A stretch of 33,313 nt of DNA from NCBI GenBank assembly GCA_964348885.1, contig CAYGEK010000005.1, positions 1 to 33,313 on the forward strand, written 5' to 3'. The DNA is from an uncultured Candidatus Saccharibacteria bacterium. Its GTDB lineage: Bacteria > Patescibacteriota > Minisyncoccia > UBA6257 > WO2-44-18. Made by a program: the position numbers and the translations under genes. Below the pieces are notes generated by a model. The model saw only the letters and a list, made by a program, of their open reading frames with translations, was not told the DNA's origin and did not search any database. Shown in pieces: positions 12,861 to 18,758 of this stretch (its first letter is position 1; each line of letters begins with the position of its first letter).

Positions 12861-13391
12861 ATGAATTTGGAGGTTAATATTTTTCAAGCCTTGAATGGGC
12901 TCGTAAACCAGTCGGGAATCCTCGACTGGTTTATCGTTTTTCTTGGAAATTATTCAGCGTATCTGATCGTAGTCTTGGCGGTCTGGTGGATCTGGCGGGA
13001 AAAGAATTGGCGGCTGCAGCTTTATCACTCTTCTTTTATCGCCTTAGCAATCATTATCTCCCGCGGTATCCTGACTCCGATTATAAGATTTTTGCATTCG
13101 CGTCCGCGTCCCTTCGAGTTGATGGATTTCAATCAGCTGATCAATCATGATGCCGGTGCCTCCTTGCCTTCCGGTCACGCCGCCTTTTTCTTCGCCCTGG
13201 CTTTCGCGATTTATTTTTCCGGATACCGGAAGCGTGGCGTTTTTCTGCTGGTGGCGACGTTGCTGATGGGCGCGTCTCGCGTAGCCGGCGGGGTGCACTG
13301 GCCGTTGGATATTGTTGCCGGCCTGTTAACTGGACTAATCGGTGCTGTCGTGGTAAAATCATTGCTTCCCAGAACTTTGATTACTAAATAA
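12861..13391 (+). CDS. PAP2-family phosphatase (undecaprenyl-diphosphatase-like membrane protein)
   Basis: PAP2 motifs PSGHAA and GVHWPLDIV. Several TM helices. Confidence 0.8.
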   Translation: MNLEVNIFQALNGLVNQSGILDWFIVFLGNYSAYLIVVLAVWWIWREKNWRLQLYHSSFIALAIIISRGILTPIIRFLHSRPRPFELMDFNQLINHDAGASLPSGHAAFFFALAFAIYFSGYRKRGVFLLVATLLMGASRVAGGVHWPLDIVAGLLTGLIGAVVVKSLLPRTLITK

Positions 13392-13401
13392 GGAGATACA
13401 A

Positions 13402-13626
13402 GTGGAGGAAGAAAGCGATTGGGTACTTCTCTTGAGTCCGTTTGATAGGAATATTTCATTAACCGACCGTTTCATACGCGCACTTTGCTTGTTTGGCATG
13501 GCAAATATTGCGCCGGTAGTCCCTTCCTTCCTTATAGGTCTGTCAGCTCATGGAGACTGGGGGATGGCCGTTGATTTTGTTAATCAAGGGATTGCAAGAT
13601 TTTTCAAGACATTAGCAGGAGGTTAG
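13402..13626 (+). CDS. Possible small protein (74 aa, GTG start). The interval could instead be a non-coding leader.
   Basis: SD AGGAG at 13391-13395 lies 6 nt before the GTG. The stop TAG directly abuts the next ATG (TAGATG). One hydrophobic segment. No homology recognised. Confidence 0.35.
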   Translation: MEEESDWVLLLSPFDRNISLTDRFIRALCLFGMANIAPVVPSFLIGLSAHGDWGMAVDFVNQGIARFFKTLAGG

Positions 13627-14244
13627 ATGCGCTGGTTCTGGTCCAAGTACCGGTCCGGAATACTGACGGCGGTTTTGCCCATGGTGGTCATTCTGGTAGT
13701 TCTCCAAATTGGAGAAGCAATCTGGAATGCCGCCGGTTATTTCAACGAGAAAATTATAGGGACCGTTTTCGGTCATTGGCTGTTTCTGATCTTTCTGTTG
13801 CTTCTGCCGTTTCTGGCCGGCTTCCTGATGTCTTGGAAAGGCTTTCGGGAACTGGGCCTGCGAATCTGCAATAAGATACCCATCGTCTCTATTTTCGCGA
13901 GCTATCTTTTCAACAAGGAAGACGCGGACAGATTGGCGAAAGGTAAATTCCCGGAAGTAATCTTTGAGTACGTTGCCGGCAGCTGGGCAATCGGACAGGT
14001 GATGAACGAGGTGATGTTGCCCATCTATCCCGGTAATCCTTCCGGGGAAAAAGTGAAGTGGCTGTTGATAGTCGGCCCAGCTACTACGCCGCTTTCGGTG
14101 ACCGGTCAGCTGATCCTGCGTCGGGAGTGTAACGTTATGTATACCGGCCGGTTCATTAAAGACACGATGCTGACGGTGGCGTCGTTGGGTCTGAATTTGA
14201 ACCTGGATCCGAAGAAGTTTTCCAAAGAAGAGCCCGCGGCTTAA
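13627..14244 (+). CDS. Hypothetical polytopic membrane protein (possibly DUF502-like)
   Basis: SD GCAGGAGG upstream. Two clear N-terminal TM helices. Preferred over the longer antisense ORF 13612..14355, whose translation is R/Q/H-rich and looks like junk. Confidence 0.6.
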   Translation: MRWFWSKYRSGILTAVLPMVVILVVLQIGEAIWNAAGYFNEKIIGTVFGHWLFLIFLLLLPFLAGFLMSWKGFRELGLRICNKIPIVSIFASYLFNKEDADRLAKGKFPEVIFEYVAGSWAIGQVMNEVMLPIYPGNPSGEKVKWLLIVGPATTPLSVTGQLILRRECNVMYTGRFIKDTMLTVASLGLNLNLDPKKFSKEEPAA

Positions 14245-14271
14245 GCCCGGGCTCTTATTATTAAGGCGGGA

Positions 14272-14298
14272 TTGACCAAAAACCCCAAATCGTATAAT
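14272..14298 (+). promoter_or_regulatory. Candidate rpmB promoter: TTGACC, 15-nt spacer, TATAAT, then 10 nt to the ATG
   Basis: Hexamers at 14272-14277 and 14293-14298. No SD before the ATG at 14309. Confidence 0.45.
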
Positions 14299-14308
14299 AT
14301 AGAAACCT

Positions 14309-14563
14309 ATGAGACAGTGTGCGGTCTGTGGGAAAGGTTCAAAGATGGTAGGCACCCGCGTATTACTTCGCGGTCATTACAATCCGACGAACTGGACCCG
14401 TAAATATCCTAATTTGCAGAAACACGTGCTTCCGTCCGGGAAGTCTGGTTTGATGTGCGTGCAGTGCATCAAAACCAAGTCCAAGGCGACTTGGGTGAAA
14501 GCGCCTTCGGCCAAAGGTAGTGCGAAGGAGGCAGCTAAAGTTACCGCGGCAGCCGCTAAGTAA
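14309..14563 (+). CDS. rpmB: 50S ribosomal protein L28 (with Lys/Ala-rich C-terminal tail)
   Basis: MRQCAVCGKG....HYNPTNWTRKYPNLQ matches the L28 signature. Confidence 0.9.
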   Translation: MRQCAVCGKGSKMVGTRVLLRGHYNPTNWTRKYPNLQKHVLPSGKSGLMCVQCIKTKSKATWVKAPSAKGSAKEAAKVTAAAAK

Positions 14564-14616
14564 AATACCCGCTTCGCAGGGCACGGGCAAAAATGACTCG
14601 GATTCATTTCTAGAAT

Positions 14617-14643
14617 ATCCCTTCCGCTTGGAGGGGATTTTTA
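14617..14643 (+). terminator. Intrinsic terminator after rpmB
   Basis: 9-bp stem ATCCCTTCC / GGAGGGGAT, loop GCTT, followed by TTTTT. Confidence 0.75.
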
Positions 14644-14658
14644 GTAGGATACTGGAAT

Positions 14659-14729
14659 CGGGGTGTAGTATATCGGCAGTACGCATGCATGGGGTGCATG
14701 TAGGCCGGGTTCGATTCCCGGCACCCCGA
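14659..14729 (+). tRNA. tRNA-Pro (anticodon GGG); no encoded CCA
   Basis: Cloverleaf folded by hand. Acceptor CGGGGTG/CACCCCG, U8 A9, D-arm GTAT-ATCGGCA-GTAC, anticodon arm CATGC-AT GGG GT-GCATG (U33, G37), T-arm CCGGG-TTCGATT-CCCGG, discriminator A. Confidence 0.9.
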
Positions 14730-14731
14730 CA

Positions 14732-15157
14732 ATGAAGAAAATATTATCGGCACTTGTTATCGGAGCGGTCCTCGGAGCAGGTATATTTTTACTATGGTGG
14801 CTTACGCGGGCGGCGCTGACTACCGCGCCGGTTGAGCGCGCGGCTGGACTTCCGACCAGCGAAGCGGAATTAAAAGAAGGAGAGTATTTCGATCTTCGGG
14901 GCCGGAAAGAGGTTTTAGTTTCTATTCAGGATTCAACTTTTAATCCGCGCATTATTATTGCGGATAAAGGAGTGAATATTTTTTGGAAGAACGAGGATGC
15001 CGTACCGCACTTTATCGGACTGGATATTTGGTCCACGCCGCCGCGAGAGCTCCCACCGGCCGGCGCTTTTTCTGTAGTTTTGAATGAGCCCGGATTTTAT
15101 TCTTATAACGGGGATGCTGGCGTAGAAGATATGAAAGGCATTATTATAGTTAAATAA
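14732..15157 (+). CDS. Membrane-anchored cupredoxin-like domain protein (no Cys copper ligand)
   Basis: N-terminal TM helix. The C-terminal pattern F.P..I....G..I.W.N.D..PH... resembles the C-terminus of the 569-aa ORF at 21972. The ATG begins 3 nt after the tRNA discriminator base. Confidence 0.7.
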   Translation: MKKILSALVIGAVLGAGIFLLWWLTRAALTTAPVERAAGLPTSEAELKEGEYFDLRGRKEVLVSIQDSTFNPRIIIADKGVNIFWKNEDAVPHFIGLDIWSTPPRELPPAGAFSVVLNEPGFYSYNGDAGVEDMKGIIIVK

Positions 15158-15165
15158 TCATGAAT

Positions 15166-15281
15166 CCCGTTAGAAGCAGGTCGTCTTGGACGACCGTTGC
15201 TCGGCCGGATTCGCTGTTGAAATGTTTTAGTTATGACCACAATACAATTATCAAAAATTATGCTTAGTTGCTTCTAACGGG
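15166..15281 (+). repeat. Inverted-repeat-bracketed intergenic module, copy 2 (CCCGTTAGAAGC ... GCTTCTAACGGG, ending exactly at the ATG)
   Basis: Arms at 15166-15177 and 15270-15281 (12 bp, perfect). Internal perfect hairpin GGTCGTC-TTG-GACGACC at 15179-15195. Confidence 0.7.
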
Positions 15282-15614
15282 ATGAAGTTTGAATTGAAAA
15301 ATTTTGGCGGCAATCTTCCCGATTTCATGCGGTCGGCCGGTTATCGCAATGACGGCATAGATCAGAAGACAAAGGAGCTATGCTTTTACAAAGCTCTCTC
15401 GGAAGGCTTGTACCCGCGTTTTCACGTGTATGCCGTTTGGGGCAAAGGGGATAGCGCTACTTTGAGCCTTCATCTAGACCAGAAAGCCCCGGTATACGCG
15501 GGATCAGCGGCGCATTCAGGGGATTATGAAGGGCCGGTAGTGGAAAAAGAGGCTGATCGGATACGCAACTCCGCTCCCAAGGCCTCTGACTTCCTTATTC
15601 GCCCGCTTGATTAG
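15282..15614 (+). CDS. Hypothetical protein (110 aa)
   Basis: ORF with host-like composition. No family recognised. No SD; the start is preceded directly by the inverted-repeat arm. Confidence 0.55.
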   Translation: MKFELKNFGGNLPDFMRSAGYRNDGIDQKTKELCFYKALSEGLYPRFHVYAVWGKGDSATLSLHLDQKAPVYAGSAAHSGDYEGPVVEKEADRIRNSAPKASDFLIRPLD

Positions 15615-15619
15615 TAGTA

Positions 15620-15714
15620 TTGACCCCCACACCAAACGAGGATCAGCTTCGCTGACCGGCAGGAATCCTCGTTATGGTGTGGGGGTTGACATTTGCCATA
15701 CAATATGGTATATT
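15620..15714 (+). promoter_or_regulatory. Palindrome-plus-promoter module, copy 2
   Basis: The 73 bp at 15619-15691 are identical to 16096-16168. TTGACA at 15686-15691, a 17-nt spacer, then TATATT at 15709-15714. SD GAGGAGGG at 15729-15736, then the ATG at 15744. Confidence 0.65.
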
Positions 15715-15743
15715 TTTATGAGAAAATTGAGGAGGGTTAAGCT

Positions 15744-16013
15744 ATGAATCAGCTGCGGATCAGGCAGGCCATCTCCGCGCTTTCGGATCAGTACGAGCTG
15801 GCGACCCGATCCGACGGCGAGGCCGTGGCGAGTGAGGGGGACGCCTTGGAGTGCGGTCTGGAGATCCTGACCCCCGACGAGCTGCGTCGCCGCCTTCAGA
15901 GCCATCTGGCGCGCGAGCAGAATATCGCCGGTCACGTAGGCCAGCTCTACCGGAACGCGCGTCAGGCGCGCGCCGAGGGCGTGGACCTGGACAAGCTCGC
16001 CGAGGAGAGTTAG
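15744..16013 (+). CDS. Small GC3-rich hypothetical protein A (89 aa)
   Basis: Consensus promoter, strong SD and ATG upstream. By hand count about 75 of 89 codons end in G/C, far above neighbouring genes. An intrinsic terminator follows. Confidence 0.6.
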   Translation: MNQLRIRQAISALSDQYELATRSDGEAVASEGDALECGLEILTPDELRRRLQSHLAREQNIAGHVGQLYRNARQARAEGVDLDKLAEES

Positions 16014-16041
16014 GCTGGAGGAAGCTTCGCTCCCTTAGGAC

Positions 16042-16077
16042 ATCCCCTTATCGCCAATCGGCATAAGGGGATTTTTA
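16042..16077 (+). terminator. Intrinsic terminator after ORF A
   Basis: ATCCCCTTAT(C)GCC / GGCATAAGGGGAT stem followed by TTTTT. Confidence 0.8.
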
Positions 16078-16096
16078 ATGCGTCAGAAGCAGGGGA

Positions 16097-16191
16097 TTGA
16101 CCCCCACACCAAACGAGGATCAGCTTCGCTGACCGGCAGGAATCCTCGTTATGGTGTGGGGGTTGACAAATTAGGTTTAGTATGCTATATT
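16097..16191 (+). promoter_or_regulatory. Palindrome-plus-promoter module, copy 3
   Basis: Identical palindrome to copy 2. TTGACA at 16163-16168, a 17-nt spacer, then TATATT at 16186-16191. SD TAGGAGGG at 16215-16222, then the ATG at 16229. Confidence 0.65.
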
Positions 16192-16228
16192 GTTCGGGTA
16201 CATTAAGAGTGTTTTAGGAGGGTTGATC

Positions 16229-16387
16229 ATGGACAATCTGGGCGCGGACAAGGAATCCGAGGAAGTGCTGGAGGAGCTGGACCAGGAGAGCGAGGTCCTG
16301 AAGAAGGACTGGCATCACCGGCGGCCCCTGCAGCTCGTGGATCCCACGACCGGCCTGATGGCCAGAGCGATCGGGATCTTCCAGTAG
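16229..16387 (+). CDS. Small GC3-rich hypothetical protein B (52 aa, acidic N-terminal half; starts MDNL)
   Basis: ATG 6 nt after the SD. About 46 of 52 codons end in G/C by hand count. The ORF-track start at 16190 lies inside the -10 element, so I trimmed it. Confidence 0.55.
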   Translation: MDNLGADKESEEVLEELDQESEVLKKDWHHRRPLQLVDPTTGLMARAIGIFQ

Positions 16388-16411
16388 ATCTATCCTACGC
16401 GTAAGGTTTTT

Positions 16412-16436
16412 GGGGAGGATGTTCCTCCCCGCCTTT
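16412..16436 (+). terminator. Hairpin GGGGAGGA-TGT-TCCTCCCC (weak T-tract); possible terminator of ORF B
   Basis: Perfect 8-bp GC-rich stem. The downstream sequence GCCTTTAAT is only weakly T-rich. Confidence 0.45.
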
Positions 16437-16642
16437 AATCAGCTCGCAACCTCCGGTTGCGGTCTGATATGGAGGAGGATAATAAGATGAAGTGAATTTC
16501 GGCAGTAGAGTAGCTGGCCACTAAAACAAATCAGTAGGTGGCCACCTTTCTCCAGTCCGTGACGATTGCGTCGTGGTCTGGAATCAAGGTAGAATGTTTT
16601 TCTGTGCTTTTTGAAATATAGTTTTGTTGGGAGGGCGGCGAA

Positions 16643-16861
16643 ATGGACAATCTTAACGGTTACGGATTGAACGTGAACGCCGGCGCGGACGCCGACGATG
16701 ACGAGCAGTTCGTGAACGAGCTTCGCGAGGGGCGGAGCGGCTGGTCCCGGGCGATGCGCGCGATGAATCGCGGGTATCACGCGAGGCAGCCGCGGACCAT
16801 CAATCTGGAAGGTTCCGGCGAAATCGAGGTGGGCAAGGGAGCCATCATCCGGCAGTTCTAG
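16643..16861 (+). CDS. Small GC3-rich hypothetical protein C (72 aa; starts MDNL, like ORF B)
   Basis: GGGAGGG SD-like run before the ATG. About 59 of 72 codons end in G/C. Shares the N-terminal MDNL and an acidic-then-basic layout with ORF B. Confidence 0.5.
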   Translation: MDNLNGYGLNVNAGADADDDEQFVNELREGRSGWSRAMRAMNRGYHARQPRTINLEGSGEIEVGKGAIIRQF

Positions 16862-17277
16862 TTCCCCCTGTTCTACAATCGAGGAGGCTGCGTGCTACGT
16901 TTTCTGAGGCAGTTTCTGTAGATGTTGGTCGGGTGGGCGGGCCCCGACCTAAAAAAACAAACCGCAATACACTTGAACAACGCATCGCCGACCGCTGGGG
17001 CGAGCGGCCCGAGAATCACCCAAGGATCCAGTCGGAAGATTGAATCCAAAACGTGAGGGCTCGACCGCTCGCCCCATCCCCGAACGATTCAGGGAGGAGG
17101 GCCAATGCTTCGTAGAACCTAGGCCCACTAAGAGGGGTCGCCAAAAGTCCCGAGGAGCTGCGATAAAAGTGGCTTCTGGGTTGGCTAAACAAAGGCCAAA
17201 ATCGTGGACACGCTCTAGCCTTACCACCTAGAGCAGCATCCGGTTAGAAAGAAGCATCCCGACACGGCAAGCAGTAA
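16862..17277 (+). ncRNA. Candidate large structured non-coding RNA, or a structured 3' UTR of ORF C
   Basis: GC-rich with no convincing ORF. Many helices, e.g. a roughly 16-bp helix GGGGCGAGCGG(C)CCGAG 16997-17012 with CTCG(A)CCGCTCGCCCC 17060-17075, GGTCGGG/CCCGACC at 16928-16949, and GCTCTAG/CTAGAGC at 17212-17234. It ends at a strong + strand terminator. Confidence 0.35.
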
Positions 17278-17318
17278 CCCCCGTTCAGCGAAAGCTGGGC
17301 GGGGGATTTTTATTTTTT
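17278..17318 (+). terminator. Strong intrinsic terminator
   Basis: CCCCCG-TT-CAGC-GAAA-GCTG-GG-CGGGGG followed by ATTTTTATTTTTT. Confidence 0.85.
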
Positions 17319-17357
17319 AATGCTGTATTCTTAAATAAGTTGTTTGAGAGGTGTGAC

Positions 17358-18023
17358 GTGAAGTGGCTGCTCGTAATCGCAATCATCATATTACTGCTGC
17401 CGCTCCTCGGCTGCGCCCGGGCACTTTTAATTGACCAGAGGAGTGGGGTTCATTTCGTGGTATACGCTAACGATGTTCCGATTGAAAAATTGGATTATAT
17501 TGAAAATGCGATTAAGATGGTTCGCCACATGACCAAGCCGGAGATTGTCTTTCATATTCTAGAGCCCGACTCGGTTCATCTTGGCAAAACTTGGATGGGC
17601 GGCAGTGCCGCCGCGCACCTATGCTATATCGGCGTTGGTCGTGTGTGCATGAGCGCCAACTATATCTGCTACCGGACAATCTTTCATGAAGTGGGGCATC
17701 TCTACCATTCTCGCCGCAATCGCGAGTCCCGACGTTTTCATCTTGATTGGGTAGCGCTTGCGGGACCGGTATATATTCAGGATACGAAGCTTCCGAATAC
17801 TGATGGCATTCTCACGAACTATAGTCGCGGCAATCCCGGTGAGGATATCGCCGAATGGGTCGCGGAATGTTACGCGTATCTCGCCGAAGGCGTGAATAGT
17901 TGCATTACCGGTAATCTGGCGGTGAAGACCGACCCGCGCTATCGGCAGAAGCTAGCATTGCTGCACTTGCACGGATTCTTCACGGACGCCGATTATGAGA
18001 AACTTAAGCCCCTTTTCCAATAA
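17358..18023 (+). CDS. Putative lipoprotein zinc metallopeptidase (HExxH, gluzincin-like), paralog 1
   Basis: A GTG start gives MKWLLVIAIIILLLPLLGC (signal peptide plus lipobox Cys). HEVGH motif and downstream GEDIAEWVAECY, where the Glu is a possible third ligand. The ORF track starts at 17340. Confidence 0.75.
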   Translation: MKWLLVIAIIILLLPLLGCARALLIDQRSGVHFVVYANDVPIEKLDYIENAIKMVRHMTKPEIVFHILEPDSVHLGKTWMGGSAAAHLCYIGVGRVCMSANYICYRTIFHEVGHLYHSRRNRESRRFHLDWVALAGPVYIQDTKLPNTDGILTNYSRGNPGEDIAEWVAECYAYLAEGVNSCITGNLAVKTDPRYRQKLALLHLHGFFTDADYEKLKPLFQ

Positions 18024-18036
18024 GGGGTTTTATTTT
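18009..18036 (+). terminator. Intrinsic terminator (stop codon in the loop)
   Basis: CCCCTT / AAGGGG stem followed by TTTTATTTT. Confidence 0.7.
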
Positions 18037-18068
18037 ATAGTGTGGGAAGTTGTTTGAACGGGGGCAGT

Positions 18069-18758
18069 ATGCGTTATTTGTCGGCGCTCATCCTTATTTT
18101 GTCGCAGATGGGCTGCGCTTCAAGATTCCGATTGCCGGCTGACCTGACGACGGGCAAGCCGGTCAGCTATCGGACTCCCGATATCATCGGCGCCGATGAC
18201 CAGCAGAAGACTCTGATTTTGGCAGCTCTGGCGAAGATGCCGGCGGTAATGAGCGATCCGATTCGGAAGATAAGACTCGACCAGGATCTGGCGCATTTTA
18301 AGAGCTCCGGACGAGTCATCATGCCAATCGGACATCGTTGCCCGGATAATCCCAGAGTTATCTGCGTGCGATCTCCGCATTTGTCCATGCAGCTAATCTG
18401 GCACGAGGCGACGCACATCTACGCCTACCATCTTAGCGAGTATCTGAAAAATGACGGCGCCTACAAGTTTTATAAAATTTGGGGCGAAGTTGCCGGCGAC
18501 GTGTATCATGAAGATGCCAAAGTGCCCGAATCCGAAGGGGTGCTGACGGATTACGGCCGGACCAATATCGGCGAAGATATCGCGGAGTGGGTGGAGGAGT
18601 GTTACTACTACCTCTATATCAGCAAAACGTACTCGTCCATTTCAACGAACCCTCATTTCAAGAAGGACGTGCGTTATCAGAAGAAGTTGAAGATGCTTCA
18701 CGAGCATGGCTTTCTTACGGAATCACAATACAATCACCTGGAACCGCTATTCAAATAG
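18069..18758 (+). CDS. Putative lipoprotein zinc metallopeptidase (HExxH, gluzincin-like), paralog 2
   Basis: The ATG at 18069 gives MRYLSALILILSQMGC (lipobox-like). HEATH motif and GEDIAEWVEECY. Clearly alignable with paralog 1 through to the C-terminal ..HGF(F/L)T...Y..L.PLF. Confidence 0.75.
   Translation: MRYLSALILILSQMGCASRFRLPADLTTGKPVSYRTPDIIGADDQQKTLILAALAKMPAVMSDPIRKIRLDQDLAHFKSSGRVIMPIGHRCPDNPRVICVRSPHLSMQLIWHEATHIYAYHLSEYLKNDGAYKFYKIWGEVAGDVYHEDAKVPESEGVLTDYGRTNIGEDIAEWVEECYYYLYISKTYSSISTNPHFKKDVRYQKKLKMLHEHGFLTESQYNHLEPLFK

Noticed and set aside
13480-13590. SRP (4.5S) RNA on the minus strand, prompted by ..AAGGAAGGAAGGGAC.. resembling GGAAGGAAGCAGC.
   Set aside because: There is no GNRA tetraloop, no AGCA asymmetric-loop context and no flanking helix 5/8 pairing. 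The similarity is limited to a purine run.
14229-14258. Near-identical hairpins AAGAGCCCGCGGCTTAAGCCCGGGCTCTT (14229-14258) and AAGAGCTCGGGCTTTAAGCCCGGGCTCTTTT (24179-24210), considered as a mobile repeat.
   Set aside because: Both are most simply read as members of a terminator hairpin family placed at 3' ends of transcription units. With only two copies and no flanking repeat structure, this is noted but not promoted to a finding.
13612-14355. 247-aa minus-strand ORF, longer than the plus-strand ORF it overlaps.
   Set aside because: Its translation is R/Q/H-rich with no domain-like pattern. The plus-strand frame has an SD and clear TM helices and is followed by rpmB signals, and the minus ORF would also run through the rpmB promoter and start.
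15619-16168. Integron-like gene cassettes: small foreign ORFs separated by imperfect palindromes with a bulged base, resembling attC sites.
   Set aside because: The palindrome ends (TTGAC.../...GTTGACA) do not fit the RYYYAAC / GTTRRRY core sites. No intI integrase or attI lies nearby. A copy sits at rpoB outside any array. The elements carry precisely spaced -35/-10 signals, so a promoter/operator reading explains more. A cmsearch with the attC model would still be worthwhile.
15619-16168. CRISPR array.
   Set aside because: There are only two identical repeats (73 bp, far longer than CRISPR repeats), spaced 404 bp apart by sequence that contains an expressed-looking ORF and a terminator. 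No cas genes are present.
16190-16228. TTG start at 16190 for ORF B (65 aa in the ORF track).
   Set aside because: That codon lies within or just after the -10 hexamer (16186-16191) and so upstream of the likely transcription start. The ATG at 16229 has a properly spaced AGGAGG.
17135-17180. RNase P RNA, prompted by AAAAGTCCCGAGG (like the CR-I GAAAGUCC) and AAAAGTGGCTTC (like CR-V ..GGCUUA).
   Set aside because: The two strings are only about 20 nt apart instead of flanking a roughly 250-nt specificity domain. The other universal blocks (GGUAAG.., GUGAAAGGGUG-type J11/12) are absent on either strand.
16949-17231. ORFs 17040..17231 (+, 63 aa) and 16949..17227 (-, 92 aa) inside the GC-rich spacer.
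   Set aside because: There is no SD or start context. The translations are Arg/Pro/Gly-rich and low-complexity, as expected from random frames in GC-rich DNA. Both overlap strong RNA helices.
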